From Takakia lepidozioides (lineage: Eukaryota > Plantae > Bryophyta), in NCBI GenBank assembly GCA_030704615.1, contig CM060731.1, positions 55,118,001 to 55,182,000 of the forward strand: 64,000 nt of DNA, read 5' to 3'. Shown piece after piece: positions 1 through 10,224 of the stretch. The notes beneath the pieces are model-generated. The model was not told the origin of the DNA, did no database searches, and worked only from the letters and a program-made list of their open reading frames with translations. Both the position numbers and the translations under genes were made by a program. Every line of letters begins with the position of its first letter. Position 1 is the first letter of the stretch.

Positions 1-292
1 TAAATCCTTTTTATGGACCTTGATTCACAAACTAATTCCAATATCTTGTTGAGTAAAGCTTAGGTTAGAGCTTCTGTTTTACAGCAAGTGAATTGAAGAA
101 CCTAGTAGGGACTTATGGATTTTTTTAAACAGGGAATCATAACTGCCAGGCCATGTTAAAGAGTGAGATTTGACTATTGTGTTTAAATTCTAGCGACGAC
201 CAAAGGGCGGAAGCTAGTTTAGCATAGAGCAGGAATAGGGTGTCATAGTGCCATGTCATCGTCGTCGTCAATTTCTTTGGAACCTACCCGAA

Positions 293-870
293 ATGGCCGA
301 AAAGCAGCGCGAGGAAAGGATGTCCCTGCGTGTTCAAGCTTCTGAAAGAGGATCGAGAGAGGGAGTCCACAATGCCTCTTCTAGTACTTCTGCACGTGTG
401 AAGATGCTTTGTGAGGCAGACAAACTGACAGAGGCTCTACAGACTTTAAAATAAGGAGGCATTCAGATACCTATGTCTGTCTCTTGCTTAAGTGCATCAA
501 GATGAAAGGTCTGGAAGCTGGAAAGCAGGTGCACACGCACATTATCCAAAGTGAATTCACGCCAAATGTTTTCCTACTCAACACCCTTGTCAACATGTAC
601 GTTAAGGGCGGGAGCATCATGGATGCTCACCAAACATTCCACAGAATGCCTCAACGATCTTGATCACGTGGAATATAATGTTGGCAGGATTTACCAAGCA
701 TGGGTGTGGTAGGAATGCTTTTGAGACCTATGAGCAGATTCTGCGCAAAGGGGTGAAGCCCAACCACATCAGATTTGTTTGTGTTTGCAATGCGTGTGCA
801 AGCCTGGGAGCTCTGGAAAAGGGGAAAGAGGTCCATGGTGACATCGTCAAAGCTGGAATTGTACCATATG
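293..870 (+). pseudogene. PLS-class pentatricopeptide repeat (PPR) gene remnant, 5' part
   Basis: Fragments read GKQVHTHIIQSEFTPNVFLLNTLVNMYVKGGSIMDA and ITWNIMLAGFTKHGCGRNAFETYEQ..GVKPNHIRFVCVCNACASLGALEKGKEVH, typical P/L/S motifs. Broken by a stop at 452-454 and a frameshift near 660. Confidence 0.85.
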
Positions 871-1099
871 TCACTCACGATGGTGGGACAACCGCAATCG
901 CAAGGTGTGGCTTTTTCTTAATGTACGATGTGAAGAAGTTTGTCCATCATGCACATGTGGGCTCTTGGCTCCTGTTAGTACCATGATTTGATATTCTTCC
1001 TGATTATGTTTACAAGGTTCTTGGGAGAGTCAGTTCGGTCTTAGCAGGCTGTGTTTCAATCTATGCCTGCTCAGCTGCACCGTGTTAGTGTTCACAGAC

Positions 1100-1690
1100 C
1101 AATCCGACATCACCTGACACAAGCAACACACACAAGGGGTCCTTTTGGGTTGATGGTCAAATCCTCCATGGATCATGCCACAATGTCAAGGACAATGTGG
1201 TGAGGGCACCTTCTTCAACCTATTTCAGCCTGTTTTGCCCTCTCATCAGACTCGGCCCTGAGATGCATATTGAATTTTGCAAGTTAGATCGTTGGGTAGA
1301 TGGTCACCTGGAAACAGCAGCGGCAACGGCACAAATGATAGAACAAGGCACTGCTAATATTCAGACACCTTCTTCAACACATTTCACCCAGTCTTTCCCA
1401 CTTGTTAGAGTCGGCCCTAAATTTCCATGTTGAATTCTGCAAGTTAGCTGGTTGAATGAATCTGGTTTGGAGTGACTTTGACATGATACTGCCAATGTGA
1501 TAACAGGAAAGTATCCGAAAACAGGTAACAGAGAGAAGGTGTGGAATGAATACTTTGTTGACCCCAGTCAATGGTGGGACAACTGAGGCAAAAAGTTGAA
1601 TCCTTGTTAGATGACAGAGAGTAGCAGACGCAATTCAGCATAAGAACTAGTGTGATTGGGTGTTTCCTAGGTTGTCATTGTCAGTTGCTA
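1100..1690 (-). pseudogene. Possible kelch-repeat (F-box/kelch-like) gene remnant interrupting the PPR pseudogene
   Basis: Diverged direct repeat with a 159-bp (53-codon) period (caccttcttcaac at ~1207 and ~1366). The minus strand reads NSTWKFRADSNKWERLGEMC*RR, resembling the kelch 'W..l..M...R' signature. Family assignment is inference. Confidence 0.35.
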
Positions 1691-1719
1691 GCAGCAAGGG
1701 AAAAGATAACTGCATGATT

Positions 1720-2058
1720 TGTGTATAGGCATGGATTTTGGCATTTGATGTCAAAATGCCGAAATGAGACGTGATCTCTTGGACTACAATAATTGCAGAA
1801 TGTAATGAGCAAGGGCATGGTGAAGAGGCATTTGAACTCGTTGGGCAAATGCCACAAGAAGATGTAGAGCCCGACAATGTCACTCTCATTTGCATCTTCA
1901 AAAGGTGTGCCAGCCCAGCAGCTCTAGGGCAGGGCAAGGGGCTTCATGCCCACATTGTCAGAGTTGGATTTGAATCAGATGTTTATGTAGGAACTAGCAT
2001 TGTCCATATGTATGCCAAGTGGTGGATGCGTGAAAGATGTTTGAAAAATGTCTAGGCG
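1720..2058 (+). pseudogene. PLS-class PPR gene remnant, second part
   Basis: DVISWTTIIAECNEQGHGEEAFELVGQM..EDVEPDNVTLICIFKRCASPAALGQGKGLHAHIVRVGFESDVYVGTSIVHMYAK; ends at the start of retroelement H. Confidence 0.85.
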
Positions 2059-2059
2059 A

Positions 2060-5000
2060 GACTACAACCATACGAGCCCCTACTGCAACGGTTCATCTTC
2101 AACAGATTACGAGAAAACCAAAGATCAGCATGGCCGAGAAATTTGATGGGACGAGATCAAGATTTCGCGATTTTGTTCAACAAGTATGATTGTACCTATG
2201 ACTACGTCTATAATGCTACCCCGATGAAGGTATTCAAGTGGGATTCGTGGGCACCTTTCTATCAGGCGCTGCCCTATCTTGGTTTGCACCGCTATTAGAA
2301 AAAAATTCGCATTTACTATACAATTCTGAAATGTTCATGTCCGAATTCATTGCAACGTTTGGAGAGAATGATAGAGAGAGAGTTGCAGAGACAAAGATGC
2401 GAAATCTTCGACAAGGAGCACGTCCTGCTTCCGTTTATGCTGCTGAATTTCGACAACTTGCGTGCGACCTCGACTGGAATGAGAAGAGCCCCATTAGTCA
2501 GTTTCAATGTGAACTAAAATAGGATGTAAAAGATTTGTTGCTGATAATGCCAAACGTGAGTACACTTAGCGAATTCATCACCCAAGTCATTGCATGCGAT
2601 AATCGTTTGTTCGAAAAACGTCAAGAGAAACGATCTGGATGGTCGACGACGCATCATGCTGCTGCTACTACGACACTAAACACAAAAATCCATCAGACAT
2701 CCGGTAGTGATCATATGCAGATTGATGCTATTCGATTCAAGTCATTGACGCCACAAGAAAAACAAAGACGACGCTCGAATGGATTTATGCCTCTATTGCG
2801 GAGAAGAAGATCACATAGTATTAAATTGCCCCAACAAGAGAAAATTCAAAGCTCGAGGCGCAACTCAAGTGTTCGATACAAATAGGTCGGAAAACGAAGA
2901 TGTCCGATCATAGTAGGGACCATGCGGCTGGACAAACACAAATTTTTCACAAAAAAAATGTCTCTTTCTACCTCCAGACCCTGCACCTTGCTTCACAGTT
3001 CCAATAAAAAACAGAGTGCAAAATCGAGATATATTTGTAGAAGCACTTTTGGACTCAGGGGCTTCAGCATGTTTTATTGACAAAAACTTTGCGAAGCAAC
3101 ACAATTTAACGGTAGTAAAGAAGAAACTTTTGGCCCTCGTTGAAGTCATCGATGGACGACCGTTAGCATCATGATATGTTGACCATGAAACTCAACCACT
3201 TGAAATGAAGCTTGAAGATCAAACATCACATATTGTTTTCAACGTCAACAAGTCTCCAACGAATCATGTGATCCTTGGATTTCCTTGGTTCGTACTTTAC
3301 AATTCTGACATTGACTTGCGATCACGAAAAATTTCTGCAAGACAAAAATGTAAAAATATCAAAGGTTCCAATGTCGATGGCAGAATTGACCCAAACTTGG
3401 CAGTTGTACCTGTAGGTTTGAGGTGCATGCTCTGTGGGTCTGCCAAAGGGGCAGCCACCATGTTGGTGTGTGATTCATGTTCCTTGCAGCTAGAGCTTTC
3501 ATGAGAGCTACCAAAAAGGATGCGACATTGCACTTTATGCGACTCCGATCAAGACCACAACAGACAAAGGTACTTCAACATTACCCACTCAATATCAAGA
3601 TTTCAAAGATGTCTTCGAGAAGAAAAATACAGACATATTGCCAGAACATTGACCTTATGATTGTGCAATTGAGTTACAAGAAAGAGCCCAATCACCATTC
3701 GGCCCAATCTATAACTTATCCCAGCCAGAGTTGGCTGCATTACGTGAATACATTGATGAAAATTTATCGAAAAACTTCATCCGACATTCAAAATCACATG
3801 CGGGGGCGCCTATCTTGTTGTGAAAAAAAATGACGGATCATTACGCATGTGCGTAGACTATCGCGGTCTCAACAAAGTCACAAATAAGAACTGTTATCCA
3901 TTGCCGTTGATTTCTGGGCTTCTCGACCAGCTGGGACGAGTGAAGATTTTCACCAAGATTGACTTGAGATGAGTTTTTAACCTTGTACGAATAAAAGAAT
4001 GAGACGAATGGAAAACAACTTTTTGAACAAGGTATGGACATTTTGAATACAATGTTATACATTTCGGTTTTACAAATGCTCCAGCAATTTTCCAACATAT
4101 GATGAATGACATCTTTCGAGAATTTTTTAAATGACTTTGTAGTCATCTATTTGGACGACATTTTGATATTTTCACAAAATGAAGAAGAACATGGCCGCCA
4201 TGTACGCCTTGTCCTTGATAAATTAAGAAAGATGACTATATGCCAAGTTGGAAAAATGTCTTTTCCATCAATCTGAGGTCGAATTTCTGGGCTATATTAT
4301 TTCCGACAAATGCGTCTTTATGGATCTGAAGAAAATACAAACCATCATCAAGTGGATTTAACCAACTTCGGTCCGAGATGTACACTGTTTTCTGGGATTT
4401 GCAAATTTCTATAGAATCTTCATCAAAGACTATTCCAAAGTTGCTGCACCATTGACACGACTAACAGGGAAGAACAAATTTGTATGAAACGAGAAAGCTG
4501 ACCAGACATTTGAAAGGCTGAAGCAGACATTTACAACCGCTCCAATACTGGTACATGCAGACCCATCTAAACCATTCTTTTTGGAAGCAGATGCATCGGA
4601 CTTTGCACTTGGTGCTGTACTCTCTCAATACAATACAGATGACCGACTTCACCCTATTGGTTTTTGTTCTCGCAAATTTTTCGCTACAGAGATCAATTAT
4701 GAAATCAATGACAAAGAACTTCTAGCGATTATCGATGTTTTTGAGGATGGACGTCATTTATTGAAGGGAGCTAAACATCAGGTCATTGTCTACACCGATC
4801 ACAAAAACCTCGAGTATTTTATAAGTGCTCGTGTTTTGAATCGACGTCAAGCGAGATGAAGTATGTCACTAGCAAGGTTTGATTTTGTTATTACCTACCC
4901 TCCCGGACATCTTCAAGGAAAATCAGATGCTATTTCTCGACGATTGTATCTTGCGCCAAAAGAAGGGGACGCAGCTTTCGACCAACAGAAATCCATCATC

Positions 5001-5310
5001 TTGAAACCATCAAATCTCCAATTGAATATGCTATCCATGTCCACGTATGACGATGCAAAGATCATAAAGGAGATTCACGAAGCACTGAAGAGCGACCAAT
5101 TTGCTAAAACACTACGAAGTTAACTGAATCAACCTCAAGACCACCCACATGTTACAAATGATTTTGAATTCAAAGATGACTTATTTTATTTCAAGGGACT
5201 TCTCTATGTACCTCTAGGACCTATACGGCTTCGAATTATTCAAACATGTCATGATCTTCATGCTGCACGACATTTCGACTTCAACAAAACAATGGAATTG
5301 ATATCCAGGG
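2060..5310 (+). mobile_element. Ty3/gypsy chromovirus H (Tcn1-like), 5'-truncated: gag, protease, RT, RNase H, start of integrase; degenerate
   Basis: Gag EKFDGTRSRFR..ALSWF..LRQG; protease ALLDSGASACFIDK (~3040-3085); [14 protein letters not shown] and YLDDILIF; RNase H EADASDFALGAVLSQ..EINYEINDKELLAI..TDHKNL; integrase TCHD..ARHF. Many stops and frameshifts; no 5' LTR seen. Confidence 0.9.
3366..3478 (+). other. Captured ~110-bp PHD-finger fragment inserted in element H between protease and RT
   Basis: Near-identical to the reverse complement of ~63836-63946 (NVDGRIDPNLAVVPVGLRCMLCGSAKGAATMLVCD). H sequence resumes with FLAARAFMRA. Confidence 0.85.
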
Positions 5311-6042
5311 TGTCGCGGCCCTTTGCTTTGAGGGCAGGGGGTCGGGATGCAGAGGGGCTGCCCCTGTGGTGGGGGCGGTGGTAGCAATAGGTACGAGGGG
5401 GGGGGGACTGAAGCACCCTTGAGTGCCCAAGGCACTCAAGGAGGTGGAAGCACTCACTAGGTGGAGCCCCGCACACCGGGTTGCGGTGGGAGTGGCTCCA
5501 CAAGGGGTGGTAGTAGCTTAGTGGGACATAGTGGGGGTGGCATAGGACTCACCATGGGGCGGAGACCTTGTGGTGGGAGTCGTGGGGAGTCTTGGGACTC
5601 ACCACGGTCCAATGGGGCCGTGGTGGGTGGGCCAAGACTCACTGCGACTCATCACCGGGAATCGAGAGTTTTCGTGGTGGTTCGCCATAAAATGGCATGG
5701 TTGTTTGTGAAACCCCCGCGGACAGTCACACAAGTATATATAAGGAGTAGTAGCCCCGAGAACGGTGCAAACCCGTTGGTGACCAAAAACTAGTGAGTAA
5801 GCGAGCGAGCCAGAAAGCGACCAAGGAGTGGGGAGCTATTCCGGACTGCTATCTACCAAAGGGAATTTCCACTAGGCCCAAATTGATGGAGGGTCTGTTG
5901 GGGGAAGAAAGGGGGACCGTTATGTCCTGGTGAGCAGCCGAAGCTCCGAGTTGGCCCGGCGGCCAGGTTGGGAGTTAGGCACGCGCATCAAAGCGAGTAA
6001 CTATGACTTGAAGGGGAGCTTACCGAAGTGAGGTGTGCAACA
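5311..6042 (+). repeat. 5' LTR of chromovirus copy A (732 bp)
   Basis: Starts TGTCGCGG, ends TGCAACA, TATA-like tatatataag at ~5736. Preceded by CAGGG (5306-5310) and followed by a primer-binding site; homologous to three other LTRs in the window. Confidence 0.95.
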
Positions 6043-6044
6043 CT

Positions 6045-6056
6045 TGGTATCAGAGC
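6045..6056 (+). promoter_or_regulatory. Primer-binding site (tRNA-iMet) of copy A
   Basis: TGGTATCAGAGC, 2 nt after the LTR end. Confidence 0.92.
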
Positions 6057-8283
6057 TTAGAGTTCAGTACACGATCGTCCTTGGGTTCGGCCTCATCATG
6101 GGGTCGGGCAAGCCAAAGCGAAAGCGGAATGGCCCGAACGATGATGATCCTGGTGAGCCCGATGGGGGTGACGTGTCACCGAAGCGGCCATTTGAGGAAG
6201 CGATGCATGCTTTTGAAAACGAGGCCTCTCAAGAACGGGAGGAATCTGAGGAGTCGGAGCCCGAGGAATCCCTGAGAGCTCCGACAGACCAACAGATGCC
6301 TCCCATGCCAGCAGCCTTTTGGGAAGGGTTGTTGGCGCAGTTTGGCGGGACGTTGAAGGAAGTATTGAACGCGACTAATGTCACTTCCACTAAGAAAAAG
6401 TTTAAGGTGAAGCCTAAGGAACCCGACACCTTCGAGGTTCTCCAAAATCGGAAGGCACTCAACACCTGGCTTTTGGAGCTAGAGCAGTACTTCCGGGCGG
6501 CCAAGTTGAACGACGAGGATCGGGTGGAAGTGGCTCCCACCTATTTGAGGGGCTATGCTCAACAATGGTGGCAGAAACGCCTTCACGACCGAGGTCCAAA
6601 CCTGGAAACCTTGAACTGGAGTAGGTTCAAGGAACTGAAAAAACAGTTTGTGCCCCTCAACGCGTCCTGGCTCGCCCGGGACAAGATGAGGAATCTAAAG
6701 CAAACAGATGACATTCGGGGATATGTTCAGGCTTTCAATGTGCTGTTGCTCGAAGTCGCGGACATGACAGAACCAGAAATGGTCTTCAACTTTGTGGCGG
6801 GACTGGCCCCATGGGCAAGGTGGAAGTTGGAGGAGAAGCCACCTAAGAATTTGAACGAGGCAATTGAGAGGGCTGAATGTTTCTCGGATGTCCCTAGGGG
6901 CGAAAGATAAGGCCGTACGGAGCTGAACCACAAGAAGACCCGGCGGGAGGGTGACTCATTTCGACCGGAAAAGAAGTGGGATAGGCCACGCGGCGACAAT
7001 AGCACGTGGAAATCGAAGGGAGGGCCTTCACACGCCAAGAAGACAGCCGGTGCTTCGAAAGGAAAATCAGGTGCGACGCCTTATGGCGGACAAAAGACGA
7101 CCTTCAATGGAGTGTGCTTTAATTGCGGGGAGCCTGGGCACATGGCCAAGAAGAGTACGAATCCCCGACAATTGAACATGACTCGGGCAACCACGAAGTT
7201 GTCCAAAGCTTCCATCAGCCACTTGGTGGAGGCGGTGGTCGCCAAGACTTGCAAAGTAGGCAACTACTCTTGTGAGTTGTATCAGGAAATTGACGCCTTA
7301 CGTAAAGGGAGTCAGTTAATGTTTGTGAGTGGGATAATCCCCGGAACTAACGTGTCGTTGTTGGTGGACACAAGAGCGTCGCACTCCTTCATGACACCGG
7401 CAACGGCACGGAAGCTGGGACTCCCGACAAGTGATGTGGGGGCCTCTATTGAGGTGCGTTCTGCTAAAGGAGAACCACAATTGGCGACGAGGTTGGCGTT
7501 CGATGTTCCTCTTCAGTTCGGGAGTTGGGTTGAACGGATGGTTGCCCATCCAAATCATTTTTGTTTATTTTCAAACTTTGCCAGTACGAATCACTAGACA
7601 TAACCAGACCGTATGACAAATCCACAAACTCATCATGAAACATACTAACACCTGATATAATTCTCGTATTAATGCTGACACTTACCAAGGCGACCCCAAG
7701 ACCATATAGTTCCAACATGGCTGCTACCATGTCATTGCCCTATCACACCATGTAATTGCCCAGCCATATTATACCTATACATACTATTAGTCAAACGATT
7801 ACCTACCAACAACAACCCCCATATCACTCCGTCAAACAATCTTGCCATCCACTTTATTGAATTCACATATTGTCATGACCGATACCCAAACACAACCATC
7901 TTTACTAAACGCAAAAAATATGTCTCCCCCATCCTTGCCATTAGGAGGTACGGGTGTCCAGAACACTGACCCTGTAACAGTTATCACAGCCGGAACAAGA
8001 GGTGACATCCACAATGCTAGTCTATATGTTATGCACAAAAACTTTAAACCACCTACTATTACTATCCACCAATCTTCAAAGCCATACACCTTACAGCCAT
8101 CATTACCAACAAACGCAAACTCGAGCACAACCACACTTAGAGAGACTCAATAGTGTACGTGCGTTAGCACCCTCCATTCTTATAAGGCCCACCCTCGAAA
8201 TGAGACAGTAGCTGCAAGGCAAAGTGGCTCTTAGGTATGTCGCGTTTGACCGGAGTCTTCTTCTTCTTCTATCTTATCCCCAC

Positions 8284-8861
8284 TGTCAAGAACGACAACA
8301 TAACTGAACACAAACAAGAGATCAGACTAGAGGTACAAGACTAGACAAGAAGTCAAGATCGGCGTGGCCGAATGCATAATGGATAAACATGAATCAAGAT
8401 GATATTTATTACAATGGACAAGAGTACAAGATACTGAAACTCGACTTGAATACTGGAATGCTGGAAACTGGACCGGAGTACAAGATACTGGAAACTTGGC
8501 TAGAGTACTGAAAGCTGAATTGGAGTACCGGGACTAAAAACAAGAGTAGCCTGAACTTGTGTTGGCGAGATTGAAGAGTGTCCAGTCTCGCCTCCCATAT
8601 ATATTGGCTACTAGAAAGTTCCCTAAGAAGTTTCCCTAATGGAGGTTTCTTGATAGAGAAGTTTCCTTAAACAAATGAGATATCTTGATGGAGAAGTTTC
8701 CTCCAAAGGAAGCTTCCTGAGTAGTTTCCCAAGTTATTCTCGGTAATTTGATAAACTCCCGGTAACTTGATAATTTATGGTAACTTATGATAAATTATAG
8801 TAGATCATGATAACTTGGTAACTTCTACTCTGGTAAAATCTTCTGGGCTATGTCCGTGACA
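8284..8861 (-). repeat. Probable 3' LTR of element H (~578 bp)
   Basis: Minus strand TGTCACGG...CTTGACA, preceded by polypurine tract AGAGGAGGGGG (~8865-8875). Has a TATA-like run at ~8598 and short internal tandem motifs (ggtaacttgataa, agaagtttcc, gagtacaagatactg). Confidence 0.7.
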
Positions 8862-9497
8862 TCACCCCCTCCTCTAGCGCCGAGTTCCTCGAGGAGCGGT
8901 AAAATATTGGACTTGCTTAGAGTTGGAGAAAATCCAAAATCCGGCGAATGGTACTTGCCAAGTATTCGGTTCTTCGTTCTTGACTCAAATGATTTACAGG
9001 TCCCTACAACCATTGGTAGTGTCCAACATCTTGAACTTGGGACCACGTAGTGATTTGAGCATTCTGATTTTCGAAGCTGCCTTCATCGTTGCCTTTTGAG
9101 TTCAAAGCCTCAACCTCCAACAGGATTATCAGACTTCGAGTAGGCTTCACTTGCCGTCGTACGGGGTCCAGAGAAGAAAGTACGCGTCGCATTGATGATC
9201 CATCGTCTCGAGAGCGTCGGCGTGATGTTAAAGGTCGAACGGCTGATCTGGTAGTTGCGTAAGCGACAGCTCCAATGTATATCTTGTTCATGTGACTCCA
9301 TGCTGCCAATACAAGATGCAAGAGTGCTGGAAGTATACCTATATATAATGATGTGTGGTGCTCCTCCCTCATTAGCGTGTATCAGGTACACTGAATTTGG
9401 AGTCTTCATCTTGAAGCTAACTTGACTGACATCATCATTGTGACGTCTTATTGACCTGTAGCTCGGGGCTTAGCTTGATATTGTTGATGAAACTCTT
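8862..9497 (-). mobile_element. Element H 3' region (end of chromodomain, 3' UTR, polypurine tract)
   Basis: Minus strand from 9497 reads EFHQQYQAKPRATGQ*, the usual C-terminal helix after a Tcn1-type chromodomain, then runs to the polypurine tract and LTR. Confidence 0.7.
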
Positions 9498-10224
9498 TGT
9501 CGCGCACCTCACTTCGGTAAGCTCTCCCTCAAGTCATAGATACTCGCTTTGATGCGCGCGCCTGACTCCCAACCTGGCCGCCCGGCCAACTTGGAGCTTC
9601 GGCTGCTCACCGGGACATAACGGTCCCCCTTTGTTCTCCCAAAGAACCCTCCACCGATTTGGAACCAGCGGGAATTCCCTTTGGTAGTTGGCAGTCCGGA
9701 ACAGCTCCCCACTTTTTGGTCGCTTTCCGGCTCGCTCGCTTACTCACTAGCTTTTGGTCACCAACGAGCTTGCACCGTTCTTGGGGTTACTACTCCTTAT
9801 ATATACTTCTGTAGCTATCCGTGGGGGTTTCACAACCAGCCATGCCATTTTATGGCGAACCACCACGAAAACCCTCGACTCCCGGTGATGAGTCACGGTG
9901 AGTCTTGGCCCACTCACCACGGCTCCTATGGACCGTGATGAGTCCCAAGACTCCCCACGACTCCCACCACGAGGTCTCCGCCCCATGGTGAGTCCTATGC
10001 CACCCCCACTAAGTCCCGCTAAGCTACCACCACCCCTTGTGGAGCCACCCCCACCGCAACCCGGTGTGCGGGGCTCCACCTAGTGAGCGCCTCCGCTTCC
10101 TTGAGTGCCTTGGGCACTCAAGGGTGCTTCAGCCCCCCCATACCTATCGCTGCCGCTGCCCCCACCACAGGGGCAGCCCCTCATGTGTCCCGACCCCCTG
10201 CCCTCAAGGCAAAGGGCCGCGACA
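9498..10224 (-). repeat. 3' LTR of copy B
   Basis: Minus strand TGTCGCGGCC...TGCGCGACA; homologous to 5311-6042. Confidence 0.95.

Larger units (their letters stand above)
5311..7530 (+). mobile_element. Chromovirus copy A, 5' half (LTR, gag, zinc knuckle, start of protease)
   Basis: Gag ORF 6035-6910, knuckle [14 protein letters not shown], protease LLVDTRASHSF. Homology to copy B stops abruptly after QFGSW at 7530. Confidence 0.93.

Noticed and set aside
5214-5793. ORFs such as MEPRTPGCGG.. and MSLGPPTT.. recurring four times in the window
   Set aside because: They lie inside the GC-rich LTRs and recur only because the LTR is repeated; frames are broken by indels between copies.
7531-8280. 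A/C-rich stretch with a small hairpin (gtgcgttagcac) resembling a Helitron end
   Set aside because: No adjacent CTRR terminus or other support; left unassigned.
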